DNA of 64,000 bases from Acidobacteriota bacterium (GTDB lineage: Bacteria > Acidobacteriota > UBA6911 > RPQK01 > JAJDTT01): NCBI GenBank assembly GCA_965217775.1, contig CBDCJH010000002.1:5632001-5696000 (forward strand), written 5' to 3'. The translations under genes were made by a program, and so were the position numbers. Below the pieces are notes generated by a model. The model was given only the letters and a program-made list of their open reading frames with translations. It was not told where the DNA came from and ran no database searches. Positions 1 to 10,820 of this stretch are shown here, piece after piece; position 1 is the stretch's first letter, and each line of letters starts with the position of its first letter.

Positions 1-2
1 AC

Positions 3-1418
3 AACGACGGCTGGCCCGATCTCCACGTCGCCAACTTCGGCAAGGATCGCCTCTACCGCAACAACGGCGACGGGAGCTTCAGCGACGTCACGGACCGGGC
101 CGGGATCTCGATTCCGGGATGGTCGACAGCGGCGTCCTTCGGCGATTTCGATCGGGACGGGGACCTGGATCTCTTCGTCTGCGGGTATCTGGAATTCCCC
201 CCTTGCCCCGAATCGACTCCCAACCCTCCGGAGGAATGTCTGCGGGACCGGAAGGCGGAAATGGAGACGGCTCCGGAGATTCGGCTCTCGGAGAAGGCAT
301 TGGCCCGATCCTTCTCCATGATCCCCCAACATGCCTGCAGCTTCCGCGGCAAACGGGTCCTGTGCGGTCCCCTGGGCCTCATCGGAATCCGCGACTTCCT
401 CTTCCGCAACAACGGGAACGGCACCTTCACCGACGTAGCGGCCGACGCGGGCGTCCACGATCCGAACCGGTACTATGGGTTCGCCAGCACCTTCGTGGAC
501 GTGGACGGAGACCGTTGGGTGGACCTGGTGGTGGCCAACGACTCAAAGCCCAACTACCTTTACCGCAACCGGGGAGACGGGACCTTCGAGGACATGAGCT
601 ATCCGTCCGGTTTCGCCTTCAACCAGTACGCCAAGGCGCAGGCGGGAATGGGTTTGGCGGTGGGGGATTACGACAACGATGGGCAGGTCGACTTCTACGT
701 GACCAATTTCTCCGACGATCACAACACCCTCTACAAGAACGAGGGAGACAATTTTTTTCTGGACGTGACCTTCCAAGTGGGCCTGGGGGAAGCCACCTTC
801 CCCTTTCTGGGGTGGGGAACCGGTTTCGTAGACTATGACAACGACGGGTGGAAGGACCTGTTCGTCGCCAACGGACACATTTATGCGGCCGTGGATTCCT
901 ACGATTGGGGCACCACCTACTCCCAACGTCCGCTGCTTTTTCGTAACGTCGGGGGAAAACGCTTCCAGGCTGTTCCACCCGCCACGGGGAGCGGTCTGGC
1001 CGTCGTCGTCTCCGCCCGCGGAGCCGCCTTCGGAGACCTGGACAACGACGGACGCGTCGACGTGGTGCTCAACTGCGCCGACGGTCCGCCAGTGGTCCTG
1101 AAGAACGAGGCTTCGACAGCGGAGCATCACTGGTTGTCCCTGCGGCTGGTGGGCGGGGAGAAGAGTCCCCGCGACGCCATCGGCGCCACCGTCTTCGTGA
1201 CCGCCGACGGGCGACGGCAGCGGGGAGACGTCATCAGCGGAGCCAGCTATTCCTCTCACTCCGACTTCCGGCTGCATTTCGGCCTGGGTCGAGCCGAAAA
1301 GGTCGAGTTGGTGGAAATCCTCTGGCCCAGTGGCCGGCGCCAGACCCTGTCCGATCTGTCCGTGGACCAGATACTCACGATCCAGGAGGGAAAAGAACCG
1401 GCCAATCCGGGCAATTGA
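3..1418 (+). CDS. CRTAC1-family protein (FG-GAP/VCBS repeats + C-terminal ASPIC/UnbV domain), 5'-truncated by the window edge
   Basis: The frame is open from base 3 ([13 protein letters not shown]...) into ORF 261..1418. Repeated DxDxDGxxDL motifs; C-terminal [31 protein letters not shown] and EILWPSG. Confidence 0.88.
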   Translation, partial: NDGWPDLHVANFGKDRLYRNNGDGSFSDVTDRAGISIPGWSTAASFGDFDRDGDLDLFVCGYLEFPPCPESTPNPPEECLRDRKAEMETAPEIRLSEKALARSFSMIPQHACSFRGKRVLCGPLGLIGIRDFLFRNNGNGTFTDVAADAGVHDPNRYYGFASTFVDVDGDRWVDLVVANDSKPNYLYRNRGDGTFEDMSYPSGFAFNQYAKAQAGMGLAVGDYDNDGQVDFYVTNFSDDHNTLYKNEGDNFFLDVTFQVGLGEATFPFLGWGTGFVDYDNDGWKDLFVANGHIYAAVDSYDWGTTYSQRPLLFRNVGGKRFQAVPPATGSGLAVVVSARGAAFGDLDNDGRVDVVLNCADGPPVVLKNEASTAEHHWLSLRLVGGEKSPRDAIGATVFVTADGRRQRGDVISGASYSSHSDFRLHFGLGRAEKVELVEILWPSGRRQTLSDLSVDQILTIQEGKEPANPGN

Positions 1419-3154
1419 GTCCGGTTCTCTGGAGAGGGAATGTGATCCGGGAATGGGTCAATACGAAGGCGGCCGGAAGGGTAGTCCGAGCTCGCAAGTG
1501 CGGGTACCGATGGAGGTGGGTTGCCGCGACGCTACTGTCGCTCACTCCCGTTACCGCCGCGCCAGAAGAGCCCACCAGTCCCGGGATCGTCTACGAGGAA
1601 GTCCCACCCCAGTCCAGCGGCATCCATTGGGTTCATGAGAATGCCATGTCGCCACAGCGGCACTTGCCGGAGACGGTGGGGCCCGGCTGCGCCATCTTCG
1701 ACTACGACAACGACGGATGGATGGATCTGTATTTGGTCAACAGCGGAATGTCCGACTTCTACACTCCCGCCACGCCGCTCCGGAACGCCCTGTACCGCAA
1801 CGGCCGGAATGGGACCTTCACCGACGTCACCGAAGCAGCGGGCGTCTCAGGCGGCCGATTCGGCATGGGCGTCGCGGTTGCCGACTACGACGGCGACGGC
1901 TGGCAAGACCTCTACGTCACCAACTACGGACCCAACGACCTCTATCGCAACAACGGCGACGGTAGCTTCTCCGAAGTGGCCACGGATGCGGGCCTCCTGG
2001 CTCCCGGATGGTCCACCAGTGGGGTGTGGTTCGATTACGATGGAGACGGAAGGCTGGACCTGTTCGTCTGCAGCTTCGTCCGCTACGACCAATCCCTCAG
2101 CCGGCTCTGCTTCGATCACCTGCGAAAACGGACCTACTACTGCTTGCCGACCCTCTTCGATCCCACCCCCAGTCATCTCTTTCGCAACGACGGCAACGGC
2201 CGCTTTACCGACGTCAGCCGGGAGTCGGGGATCGCCGGGCACCCGGGCAAGGCGTTCGGAGTGGTGGCCACCGACGTCAACAACGACGGGCATCTGGACC
2301 TGTTCGTCGTCAACGACACGGTGGCCGACTTCCTCTTCGTGAATCAGGGAAACGGGACCTTCCGGGAGATGGGCCTCTGGGCCGGAGTCGCGTTCGACGA
2401 CGGCGGCAAGCCGCGCTCCGGGATGGGCGTGGATGCCACCGACTACGACGGCGACGGCCTGCAGGACCTCTTCGTCTCCAATATCGACCACGAGGTGTTC
2501 AGCCTGTACCGGAATCAGGGAGACTTGACCTTCACCGACGAAGCAGCCGACGTAGGGAAACTGACCTGGCTGCTGAGCGGTTGGGGACTGCGCTTCTTCG
2601 ATGCCGACAACGACGGCGACGAGGACCTGTTCCTGGCCAACGGCCACCCGGACGACATGGTGGAGAAGTTCCGGCCGGGGCTGGGGTACAGGGAACCCCT
2701 CCTCTATTTCGAAAACGTCAACGGCCGCTTTCACGACCGCAGCCCCCAATCGGGAGCCGTCTTCTCTCGCACTTTCTCCGCCCGGGGACTGGCCACCGGG
2801 GACCTGGACAACGACGGCGATCCGGACCTGCTCATCACCGACAACGGCGGACCGCCGGTAATGCTCCTGAACCGGGGAGGCGACCGCAACCATTGGCTTG
2901 GCCTCGATCTGGTGTCCCGCCACGGCCACACCCCTGTCGGCGCCGTCATCACCTGGTCGGCGGGAGGGGTCGAGCGCCGTCGCCTGAAGCGGGCGGGTGG
3001 CAGCTACCTCTCCTCCAGCGATCCCCGGGAGATCCTGGGTCTGGGCCCGGCCAAAGCTCTCGACTGGGTGGAGATCCAATGGCCCAGCGGCGCCAAGACG
3101 AGGCTGACCGACCTCCAACCGAACCGCTACCACAAGATCCACGAGTCTCACTAG
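1415..3154 (+). CDS. CRTAC1-family protein (FG-GAP + ASPIC/UnbV); start codon uncertain
   Basis: [16 protein letters not shown], multiple DYDGDG repeats, [17 protein letters not shown] and EIQWPSG; hydrophobic signal-like segment near the N-terminus. Confidence 0.88.
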   Translation: MSPVLWRGNVIREWVNTKAAGRVVRARKCGYRWRWVAATLLSLTPVTAAPEEPTSPGIVYEEVPPQSSGIHWVHENAMSPQRHLPETVGPGCAIFDYDNDGWMDLYLVNSGMSDFYTPATPLRNALYRNGRNGTFTDVTEAAGVSGGRFGMGVAVADYDGDGWQDLYVTNYGPNDLYRNNGDGSFSEVATDAGLLAPGWSTSGVWFDYDGDGRLDLFVCSFVRYDQSLSRLCFDHLRKRTYYCLPTLFDPTPSHLFRNDGNGRFTDVSRESGIAGHPGKAFGVVATDVNNDGHLDLFVVNDTVADFLFVNQGNGTFREMGLWAGVAFDDGGKPRSGMGVDATDYDGDGLQDLFVSNIDHEVFSLYRNQGDLTFTDEAADVGKLTWLLSGWGLRFFDADNDGDEDLFLANGHPDDMVEKFRPGLGYREPLLYFENVNGRFHDRSPQSGAVFSRTFSARGLATGDLDNDGDPDLLITDNGGPPVMLLNRGGDRNHWLGLDLVSRHGHTPVGAVITWSAGGVERRRLKRAGGSYLSSSDPREILGLGPAKALDWVEIQWPSGAKTRLTDLQPNRYHKIHESH

Positions 3155-3177
3155 GAGGGGGGACATCCCTGTCCCCC
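3154..3177 (+). repeat. GGAG-type REP hairpin upstream of the RAYT
   Basis: GGAG-GGGGGACATCCCTGTCCCCC palindrome; the same motif recurs at 28714, 30517, 50404, 54976 and 59733. Confidence 0.75.
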
Positions 3178-3243
3178 ATACTCCAAGAGGCGGTTAAAAA
3201 CCCCCTATTTCGTCGAAACTAACCTGTAGTCGTTGGGATTATT

Positions 3244-3945
3244 GTGTCCAACGCTATGAAGATTCGGGGGTTGGAAAACCCCCACTCCCATTTCGACCCC
3301 TGCGGGAAGATCGACGTCACCGAAAACCGCCTTCCCCACTGGCAGCAACGTAACGTCTTCGTCTTCGTGACATGGCGCCTGGGAGACTCGCTGCCCCAAG
3401 TGAAACTGGATCAGTGGAAGGAGGAACAGGGTATCTGGCTGAAACGCCACCCTCGTCCTTGGGATGCGCGAACGGCAAAACGCTACCACAAGCGGTTTTC
3501 TCGACGAATCGAGGACTGGTTAGACCAGGGAAGTGGCTCCTGCATCTTGAAGGATCCGGTTCTGGCGAAGGTGGTGGCTGACGCGCTCCGTCACTTCGAC
3601 GGCGAACGCTATGAGTTGGCTTCCTTCGTCGTGATGCCCAACCACGTCCATGTGCTGTTTCGTCCTCTTGGTACCCACGAAATTCCAAAAATCGTGAAAT
3701 CCTGGAAGTGGTTCACAGCGCGGCAGATCAACAGGAAAACGGGAAATTCGGGCACCTTTTGGCAGGAAGACTATTGGGACCGTCTGATCCGGCACCCGCT
3801 GCACTTTTCCTGGTGCGTGGAATACATTAGTGAAAACCCAACAAAGGCCGGATTGCGAGATGGCCAGTTTCTTCTCTTCGAGAAAGCTGTGAGGACGGAC
3901 ATCCTTGTCCCCCAAGAGGCGGGGGTAAAATACCCCCGCTCCTAA
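3244..3945 (+). CDS. REP-associated tyrosine transposase (RAYT/TnpA-REP, IS200/IS605 Y1 superfamily)
   Basis: FVTWRL, HUH motif VVMPNHVHVL, FWQEDYWDRLIR and catalytic YISENPTKAGL; flanked by REP hairpins. Confidence 0.88.
   Translation: MSNAMKIRGLENPHSHFDPCGKIDVTENRLPHWQQRNVFVFVTWRLGDSLPQVKLDQWKEEQGIWLKRHPRPWDARTAKRYHKRFSRRIEDWLDQGSGSCILKDPVLAKVVADALRHFDGERYELASFVVMPNHVHVLFRPLGTHEIPKIVKSWKWFTARQINRKTGNSGTFWQEDYWDRLIRHPLHFSWCVEYISENPTKAGLRDGQFLLFEKAVRTDILVPQEAGVKYPRS
3892..3942. repeat. REP doublet overlapping the RAYT 3' end
   Basis: GGACATCCTTGTCC plus GCGGGGGTAAAATACCCCCGC-TCC (GGAG foot on the minus strand). Confidence 0.7.
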
Positions 3946-5522
3946 GGCAAACTCGGATCGATCTTCCGCATGCCCGGCTTGCGGCTCGATTTGGGCTTTC
4001 GCTTCTGCAGCAGGTCGAACCGGTCGAAGTACTTCCGGGCGGTGGCCGGATCTTTCAACCGGTGGTGGAGCCTTCCCATCAAATAGTGGGTCTCCACGTG
4101 GTCGGGATTTTGAGCCAGGGCCTTCTGGAGATGCCCGAGCGCCCCACCGGCCTCCTTCCCTTTCAACAGGATGCGGCCCTTCTCCAAGTGCAGCAGGAAG
4201 GAATCGGGATTCAACTCGATTCCTTTGTCCAGCCATTCCAACGCTTTGCCGGTCTGACCCGAACGGGAACGGGCACTGGACAACTGGTGCAAGATTTCCT
4301 CTTGGCCGGGTCTAAGCCGTAGCGCCTCGAGCAACCTTTCGGTGGCCTGGTCGAACTGGTCCAGGGAGTTCAGGGCGGCTCCCAGATAGTAATGGGTTTC
4401 CCAGTTACCGGGGTCCCGCACCGTCAGCCGTTGGAGGACCTCCTTGGAATCTTGGAATCGGCTCTGGTCTACATAGAGCATGCCCAGCCGCAACTGGGCC
4501 GAGGAGGAAGCGAGGGGCTTCAGAATCCGCTCCCCCTCGTCGTTGTACTTGAATCGAATGAGTATCCGGGCCGCTTCCTCTTGTTCGTCCGGACTGAGGT
4601 CCAGTCGGTTCAGGAAGGTGAGGGCATCGTCGGAGCGCGCCAACCAGAAGAGCTGCTCCGCCAGCCTCAAGCTCAATTTATTGTCGAGCTTATTCCGGTC
4701 TACCTTCTCCAGCACTGCCGAAGACAGTTCCAGATCGCCCCGCTCGAAGGACAGCCTGGACTTGAGAATGAGCAGCTTGGGATCGTGAGGATTGAGTTTC
4801 AGGGCTCGTTCCACCTGTCCCGCCGAGATCTCCACCACGGCGAGCTGGGTCAGGTCGGGGTCCAGATCCGCCGCGCTTCTCAAGTGCTCGGCGGCTTCCC
4901 GCAATTGTCCCTGCGAGACCAGAAACTTCCCCAAGGCGTAACGGACCCGGCCTGAATCGGGGGCGAGACGATAGGCTCGGAAGAAGGCCGTCCGGGCCTC
5001 TGACAACTTTCCGACCCAGGCGTAAGAGGAGCCGAGTTTGGCCAAGGCCTCGGCAAAGTTGGGGTCCAGTTCCAACGCGTCCCGGTACACTTTGATGGCT
5101 CGCTCCCACTCGCGCTCCTGGCGCAACCGGTCTCCCTCTTCCTCCAGACGGCGAGCCCGCTCCTGGAAATCAGCCGGCATGCGATAAAGCAGCGCGTAGT
5201 CGTAACCGGAACGGAAAATGGAACTGTAGGCGCCGGGACCCAGCCCCGCGGCGGCCTGTCGAAACTCGCGGTTCATCCGGGTCAGGGAAATACTTCCCAG
5301 ATAACCGCCGTCCGCAGCCGTACGGTCGATGGAATGTCGGCGCGCCAGATTCGCAAATGATGCCCCGCGGTTCAATTCCTGGAGGATCTGCTGGGCCAGA
5401 GACAGGTTGCTTACCACCAGAATGCGCAGGAAGATGCTCTTTCCGTCCGAAGAGGGAACCGCCGGGACGGAGACGAGCAAGACCAGAAGGCAAAACACAC
5501 CGGCACTGAACGGCCGTCTCAT
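3942..5522 (-). CDS. Exported parvulin (PpiC-type PPIase)-TPR fusion protein
   Basis: Signal peptide; rotamase-like LNRGASFANLARRHSID..ADGGYLG..MNREF..AA.LGPG.YS; then many TPR repeats. Confidence 0.78.
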   Translation of the reverse strand: MRRPFSAGVFCLLVLLVSVPAVPSSDGKSIFLRILVVSNLSLAQQILQELNRGASFANLARRHSIDRTAADGGYLGSISLTRMNREFRQAAAGLGPGAYSSIFRSGYDYALLYRMPADFQERARRLEEEGDRLRQEREWERAIKVYRDALELDPNFAEALAKLGSSYAWVGKLSEARTAFFRAYRLAPDSGRVRYALGKFLVSQGQLREAAEHLRSAADLDPDLTQLAVVEISAGQVERALKLNPHDPKLLILKSRLSFERGDLELSSAVLEKVDRNKLDNKLSLRLAEQLFWLARSDDALTFLNRLDLSPDEQEEAARILIRFKYNDEGERILKPLASSSAQLRLGMLYVDQSRFQDSKEVLQRLTVRDPGNWETHYYLGAALNSLDQFDQATERLLEALRLRPGQEEILHQLSSARSRSGQTGKALEWLDKGIELNPDSFLLHLEKGRILLKGKEAGGALGHLQKALAQNPDHVETHYLMGRLHHRLKDPATARKYFDRFDLLQKRKPKSSRKPGMRKIDPSLP

Positions 5523-5653
5523 TGGAGACTATTCTAGCAGTCCCAAATAAAGGTGGCTTTCCTCCTGTCGTCGACGTTTCCTCCAATGCCGCGACGCGCG
5601 GCCCCGGGAAGAAGGGGTTTCCCGGATCTGGTAGCCTCCTCCCCGGAGGCGCC

Positions 5654-6931
5654 ATGAGACACATCTCGTTTCCGGCCGTCGTTTTCCTGCTTGTCATCTC
5701 TCCCGCCTGTGATTCCGAGACGGAACCGAACGACGGGCCCGATCATCGGATCAAGATCAAACTGGGCAAGAGCCTGCAGATCCTGCCCGTGGGCAGAGCC
5801 GCCGGAATGATGAAGTTGCTCCGTCATCCCGACGGCACCCTCTACCTGAATACCCAGTCCGCAGATCTCTCGCGGGGATTGGCCAAGAGCACCGACGGAG
5901 GGAAAACGTGGACCGTCCTTCCCCTGAACTTCGAGGAGGCGCCGCCGCGGCAATTCGCGTCCGGTTTCGGCATCACTCGCGACGGACGCCTCTGGATGCT
6001 GCACCAGCAGTTGCGACTGTACGGGCAAAAAGAAGATCCGGACGAGGACAGGACGGTGTTTCTCTCCCATTCCGACGACGGGGGCATGACCTGGAAGAGC
6101 CGGCCGTTCGAGTATGGCCGGTTCTCCCCTGGAGCGCCCGAGGATCCCTACACTTCAATGGATGTGGCGGCCTGCTTCCCCAACTTCGTCCAGAGGCCCG
6201 ATGGGATGCTCATGTTCTCGGCCAGCATGCGCTATTCCGATTGGGAGGACTACGGACAAGAGGACCAGTCACGCCCCGGGATCCGCGACGTTCTGGTCCG
6301 GTCCCGGGACGGTGGAGAGACCTGGGACGATCCGACCATCGTTCACCTGCACGCCACCGAGACCGATTACGCCGTCGACCCCGCCGACCCGGATCGCATT
6401 CTGGCCATGACCCGAAAGCAGCGGCTGTTGCTCCCGGCAGAAGACCGGGAACAGGCGGAGAAGGAGGCCCTCATCTGGGGGACTCGTTTCTCCGGAGCCG
6501 AGTGGCTCTGGAAGGGGGGCTTGTTGCTGGAGTCGACCGACGGCGGGCGCAGCTTCCGGGAGATCCCGGGCAGCTACGCCGGCTACTATGCGCACCGCGG
6601 GGCCATCCTGTGGACCACGAACAACGTGGTTATCGTGACCCACAACACCGGCTACTACCATGACTCGGTACCGCCCGTCCCCGCGACCTGTGCCCGGATC
6701 AGCCTGGACGGAGGCCGGACCTGGGTGGACGGTACCCGGAGCGGGACCAAGCGGATGAATCAGTCCACGCAATTTCTGGAGATCGTCGGCGCGGCCACCA
6801 TCGAGCTGGAGCCCGATCGCTTCTTCACCGCGTACAAGATCATGGCGGAGCCCCGGGGGGACCGGACCCTGGGATCGGTGCAAGGGTTCTTTTGGGAGCT
6901 TGAGCGGGCCTCCGGAAAGCCCTCCCGGTGA
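5654..6931 (+). CDS. BNR/Asp-box (sialidase-like) beta-propeller lipoprotein
   Basis: GGAGG RBS before ATG 5654; lipobox-like ISPAC; Asp-boxes STDGGKTW, SDDGGMTW, SRDGGETW, STDGGRSF and SLDGGRTW. Confidence 0.8.
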   Translation: MRHISFPAVVFLLVISPACDSETEPNDGPDHRIKIKLGKSLQILPVGRAAGMMKLLRHPDGTLYLNTQSADLSRGLAKSTDGGKTWTVLPLNFEEAPPRQFASGFGITRDGRLWMLHQQLRLYGQKEDPDEDRTVFLSHSDDGGMTWKSRPFEYGRFSPGAPEDPYTSMDVAACFPNFVQRPDGMLMFSASMRYSDWEDYGQEDQSRPGIRDVLVRSRDGGETWDDPTIVHLHATETDYAVDPADPDRILAMTRKQRLLLPAEDREQAEKEALIWGTRFSGAEWLWKGGLLLESTDGGRSFREIPGSYAGYYAHRGAILWTTNNVVIVTHNTGYYHDSVPPVPATCARISLDGGRTWVDGTRSGTKRMNQSTQFLEIVGAATIELEPDRFFTAYKIMAEPRGDRTLGSVQGFFWELERASGKPSR

Positions 6932-8281
6932 TCACCCGGCCTCGGGCGGCTCCTCCGGGGCGTTCTCCAAGTGCCAGAACACCGCCCGCAGCCCCAACCA
7001 GGGGCAGTCTCCGACTTCAGTGCCCTGTGGACACGGACTCTTGGGCGCTTCGTAGTATCGCTTCAGCGACTCGTTCTCCCAGTAGGCGTACACCGACATG
7101 AAGTGATTGGGCGACAATTCCAACATGGGACTGGTGAAGGAGACGGTGAGGGGCGGCGTGAGGAGTGGGTGCCTCTTCGCCTGATTGAACTCCCGCGTAC
7201 CCTCTGAAGTCCCATCCACCCAGGTCCGGCCTCCGTCCAGGCTGATTCTCAAAACCCGGCTGGAGTTTTTGCGTTGAAAGTTGGCGGCGACCACGACCAG
7301 GTTGTTGCTGCCCCAGACGATGGTCGCCCGGTGCCCGTAGAACTCGGTCAAGCCGCCGGGCACTTCATGGAAGGTCCGTCCGCTGTCAGTGGATTCCATC
7401 AGCAGGCCGTTCTTGTAGATGGAAGGCATGTCGGAGGGCATGTCGGAGGGGGCGCCGGTTCTCTTGATGGTCGCCTCCCGGTCCTCGCCGGCCAGGAGCT
7501 CCCGCTGGGTTCGGGTCATGGAGAGGATCCGGTTGGGATCGAAGGGATCCAGGGCGTGGCCCACCTCGGTGACGTGGGGGTGCATGATACTCACGTCTCC
7601 CCAGGTCTTGCCCCCGTCGCTGGAGCGGAAGATCGTCTCGCCTCCGAAGTCCAGATCGGCACGCATGAGTCCGTCGATCCGGTTTTTGGGGTCCTTGTAG
7701 TAGGACCCGTCGTAGCGGAAACCCACCGAAAACATCAGGGTGCCGTCGGGCTGTTCGATGAAGGTGTTGTAGTCGTTGTAGCAGTAGACGTACGGCTGCT
7801 CCATGCCCCGCGATCCCAGAGGCCGGAAGTCGATGGGCGTCGTGTTCCAGGCCTCGACGTCGGCGGACCAGGAGACGAATAGCTCTTTCGGGGTGCTCTG
7901 ATGCAGGAGCCAGAGGCGTCCGTCTCGAGTGACCCCCGAACCGATCAGGCGTTGGCCGGGCGGAGCATCGGCGAGATTCAGCCGCACCGGTTCCCAGGTC
8001 TCGCCCTGGTCCGTGCTCTTGAAATATCCTAACGCCTCACCCGTCCCCTGGGTCTCGGTGTTCACAAAGATGGTCCCGTCCGGACGGCGGACCATTCCCA
8101 CCATCTCATGAGCCAGGCCGGTCTCGGGGCCGGGTTCGATGATGCTGACCTCCTTGTCGATCTTGAGGACCAACCGCTCGGGATCGAGTGCTTCGACCTC
8201 CTGAGCGGTTTCCGGCGGGGAGCAGGCGGTGAGAGACAGGAGCAGGGTCATGATGAAGATGCGATAAGTCGGCGAAGCCAT
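6932..8281 (-). CDS. BNR/Asp-box (sialidase-like) beta-propeller lipoprotein, paralog of 5654..6931
   Basis: GGAGG RBS before ATG 8281; lipobox LTAC; STDQGETW, SSDGGKTW, STDSGRTF and SLDGGRTW. Confidence 0.8.
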   Translation of the reverse strand: MASPTYRIFIMTLLLSLTACSPPETAQEVEALDPERLVLKIDKEVSIIEPGPETGLAHEMVGMVRRPDGTIFVNTETQGTGEALGYFKSTDQGETWEPVRLNLADAPPGQRLIGSGVTRDGRLWLLHQSTPKELFVSWSADVEAWNTTPIDFRPLGSRGMEQPYVYCYNDYNTFIEQPDGTLMFSVGFRYDGSYYKDPKNRIDGLMRADLDFGGETIFRSSDGGKTWGDVSIMHPHVTEVGHALDPFDPNRILSMTRTQRELLAGEDREATIKRTGAPSDMPSDMPSIYKNGLLMESTDSGRTFHEVPGGLTEFYGHRATIVWGSNNLVVVAANFQRKNSSRVLRISLDGGRTWVDGTSEGTREFNQAKRHPLLTPPLTVSFTSPMLELSPNHFMSVYAYWENESLKRYYEAPKSPCPQGTEVGDCPWLGLRAVFWHLENAPEEPPEAG

Positions 8282-8448
8282 GTTGCCTCCAGGGAAGGGC
8301 GGTGAATATTGGGCTCCAGTGTATGGACTTGGCGCAACCGGCACAACCTGAATGGAAACCTGGCTACAGAGCCTGACTTGTCCTGTATAGGGATGCTTGC
8401 TAACTTGAGCGCGAACCGTGAGTTCCCTTCTATCTCGATTTTCTTCGG

Positions 8449-9375
8449 ATGAACCGGACGATGACTGGCGCCCCAAGTTGTAGGAGACTCGGCGCGGCAG
8501 CCCTTCTGTCGGTGCTGTTGGCCGGAGCCGGTTCGGGCTCGTTCGCCCAGACGACGGCCGAAGAGACCGACGATCTCACCGCCGTCGGCCGGATCGTGGG
8601 CACCGATATCAATCGGATCGCGGCCGTCGTGCGTTACCACAGTGCCATCCTGATGACCCGGATGGAGCAGTTCGAATCGGCCTACGAGGCATTGCAGCAG
8701 TTCGTCTATCAGAACAACACCAGTCCGAAAGTGGTCGAGGCCCTGGGGCTGTCCATCCTGCGCATGCGGTATCTTCCTTCCGAGTATCCTCCGGCCAAAC
8801 GGGAACTCGTCATGCTGGCGGGACGGGCCGCGTACGAGACGGAGGCGCGGCGAGCGGAGAACGCCGATCGCCTCTATCAAGAGCTCGTCTCCCGCTACCC
8901 CGACGAAGCGACTGTGCACTATGCCTATGGGGCGTTCCTGATGGGCAGCAAGCCGGACCTGGCGGTCCAACAGTTCCAACAGGAGCTGAAGAAGAATCCG
9001 GATCATGTGCCGAGTCTCCTCCAGATCGCCATGGAGTACCTGCGTCAGGGCAGGTACCAGGAGGCTCTGCCCCTGGCGGAAAGAGCGCACCGGCTGCTGC
9101 CGAACTTCTTCACTTCCAGAAAGGTTCTGGGCAGGGTTCTGCTGGAGACGGGCCAGATCGAACGGGCCGTCCAGGAACTGGAAGCCGGAGTGCAACTGAA
9201 ACCCGAGGACTCCGAAATGCACTTCGCCCTGTCCCGGGCTTACGCGAGAGCCGGTCGAAAAGCGGAGGCGGAGCGGGCGCGGCGCGAATTCCTGCGGCTG
9301 GACCGGATCTACCGGAGCCAGCGAGAGGGTCCGCAGTCCGTCGGCGGTCAGGCGCAGCCTGGAAACTCACCTTGA
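8449..9375 (+). CDS. Exported TPR protein
   Basis: Signal peptide (AAALLSVLLAGAGSGSFAQ); TPR consensus repeats; C-terminal HFALSRAYARAGRKAEA. Confidence 0.78.
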   Translation: MNRTMTGAPSCRRLGAAALLSVLLAGAGSGSFAQTTAEETDDLTAVGRIVGTDINRIAAVVRYHSAILMTRMEQFESAYEALQQFVYQNNTSPKVVEALGLSILRMRYLPSEYPPAKRELVMLAGRAAYETEARRAENADRLYQELVSRYPDEATVHYAYGAFLMGSKPDLAVQQFQQELKKNPDHVPSLLQIAMEYLRQGRYQEALPLAERAHRLLPNFFTSRKVLGRVLLETGQIERAVQELEAGVQLKPEDSEMHFALSRAYARAGRKAEAERARREFLRLDRIYRSQREGPQSVGGQAQPGNSP

Positions 9376-10820
9376 GGCCGCCGGTCGTGGCTCGCGCGGT
9401 TCCCGCCATTTTTTCGCTTTTGTTCCTGTTGGCGCCCCTCCTTCCGGCCCAGAGCGAGCCGTTGCCTCCCGTTCCTGATTTGGTCCCTCGGCTCGACGAG
9501 TTCGACGCCACGAGCCGCAAGCAGATCCGGGAAGCCGGCGAGCAGGTCCGTCTGCATCCCAGGGATGCGGAAGCCAACGGCAGGATGGGCATGCTGCTGC
9601 ATGCTCATCAGCGCTACGAGTTCGCCGAACCGTTTTACCTGCGGGCCCGGCTTCTGGAGCCCGACTCGTTTTCGTGGGCCTACTATCTTGGGAACCTTCA
9701 GGGACGCTTGGGCAAGCCGGCTGAAGCGTTGGCATCGTTGCGGCTGGCGACGAAGCTCAATCCGGACTATCTGCCGGCTCGTTTGGCGCTGGCTGAGGCT
9801 TTGCGGAAACTGGGAAGATTGACGGAAAGCCGGGAACTCTACCGCCGGATCATAAAGGACCACCCCGAGTCCGCTTCGGCCTGGGCGGGTCTGGGCCGGA
9901 TCTTTTGGGAAGCGGGAAAGGCTTCTGACGCTGTCGAGAACTACCAGAAGGCCGTCGAGCGATTCCCCAGGTACGGCGCCGCCCATTACGCCTTGGGGCT
10001 GGCCCACCGGAGTCTGGGCAACCTGGAACAGACCCGGGAACATCTCTCGCAATTCCAGCGCCATTCGGCGCAACAGCCGCCGGTGGAGGACCCCCTGCTC
10101 GGAGCCGTCCAGGTCTTGGGGTCTCGCGCCGGACACTTTCTTCGGGAAGGCTTCGTTCTGAGAGAGGAGCGGAGATACAAGGAGGCGGCCGCCGCCTTCG
10201 AGGAAGTGCTGAAGCTGGAACCCGGCCATGCCATCGCGCATGCCAACCTGGTCTCTCTGTACATCGCTCTCCGGAACCCCGCCAAGGTGAAGCACCACTA
10301 TCGCGCGGCTGTCGCCGGCGATCCCGGCTTGTACAAGACGCACTACAATTTCGGCACCTACCTGGGGTGGCAGGGGCGCACGGCCGAGGCGATCGCCGCA
10401 CTCCGTAAGGCCGTCGAGATCAATCCGTTTCACGCGGACAGTCACAGCAATCTGGGACATCTGTTGGCGCAGTTGGGCAGAAGCGCCGAGGCGGAGAAAC
10501 ATATGCGGCTCGCCATCCGGCACCAGCCCAATTTTCCCCTGCCGCATTTCAACCTGGGACATCTGCTGCTGACGCAGGGAAAGTACGAAGAAGCCGTTCG
10601 GCATCTTCACAAGGCGCTCGACGGCCAGAACGACGGTGATCCCTTGCACGTCTACACCCTGGCTCTGGCCTATGCCCAACTGGGAGAGCTGGAGAAGGCC
10701 GAACACTATGCTCTGCAGGCGAAACGGAAAGCGGTTGCTCCAAACCACGCCGGAATCGCGCGCGACATCGAGAGCCTGCTGACCGAGCTCAAGAGAGCGG
10801 CCAATTCCCATGGGAATTAG
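9372..10820 (+). CDS. Exported TPR protein
   Basis: Signal peptide; about ten TPR-like repeats; overlaps both neighbours, suggesting an operon. Confidence 0.8.
   Translation: MRPPVVARAVPAIFSLLFLLAPLLPAQSEPLPPVPDLVPRLDEFDATSRKQIREAGEQVRLHPRDAEANGRMGMLLHAHQRYEFAEPFYLRARLLEPDSFSWAYYLGNLQGRLGKPAEALASLRLATKLNPDYLPARLALAEALRKLGRLTESRELYRRIIKDHPESASAWAGLGRIFWEAGKASDAVENYQKAVERFPRYGAAHYALGLAHRSLGNLEQTREHLSQFQRHSAQQPPVEDPLLGAVQVLGSRAGHFLREGFVLREERRYKEAAAAFEEVLKLEPGHAIAHANLVSLYIALRNPAKVKHHYRAAVAGDPGLYKTHYNFGTYLGWQGRTAEAIAALRKAVEINPFHADSHSNLGHLLAQLGRSAEAEKHMRLAIRHQPNFPLPHFNLGHLLLTQGKYEEAVRHLHKALDGQNDGDPLHVYTLALAYAQLGELEKAEHYALQAKRKAVAPNHAGIARDIESLLTELKRAANSHGN

Noticed and set aside
7425-7448. 12-bp tandem repeat (PSDMPSDMPS) as a contingency locus
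   Set aside because: Only two in-frame units; an ordinary micro-duplication.
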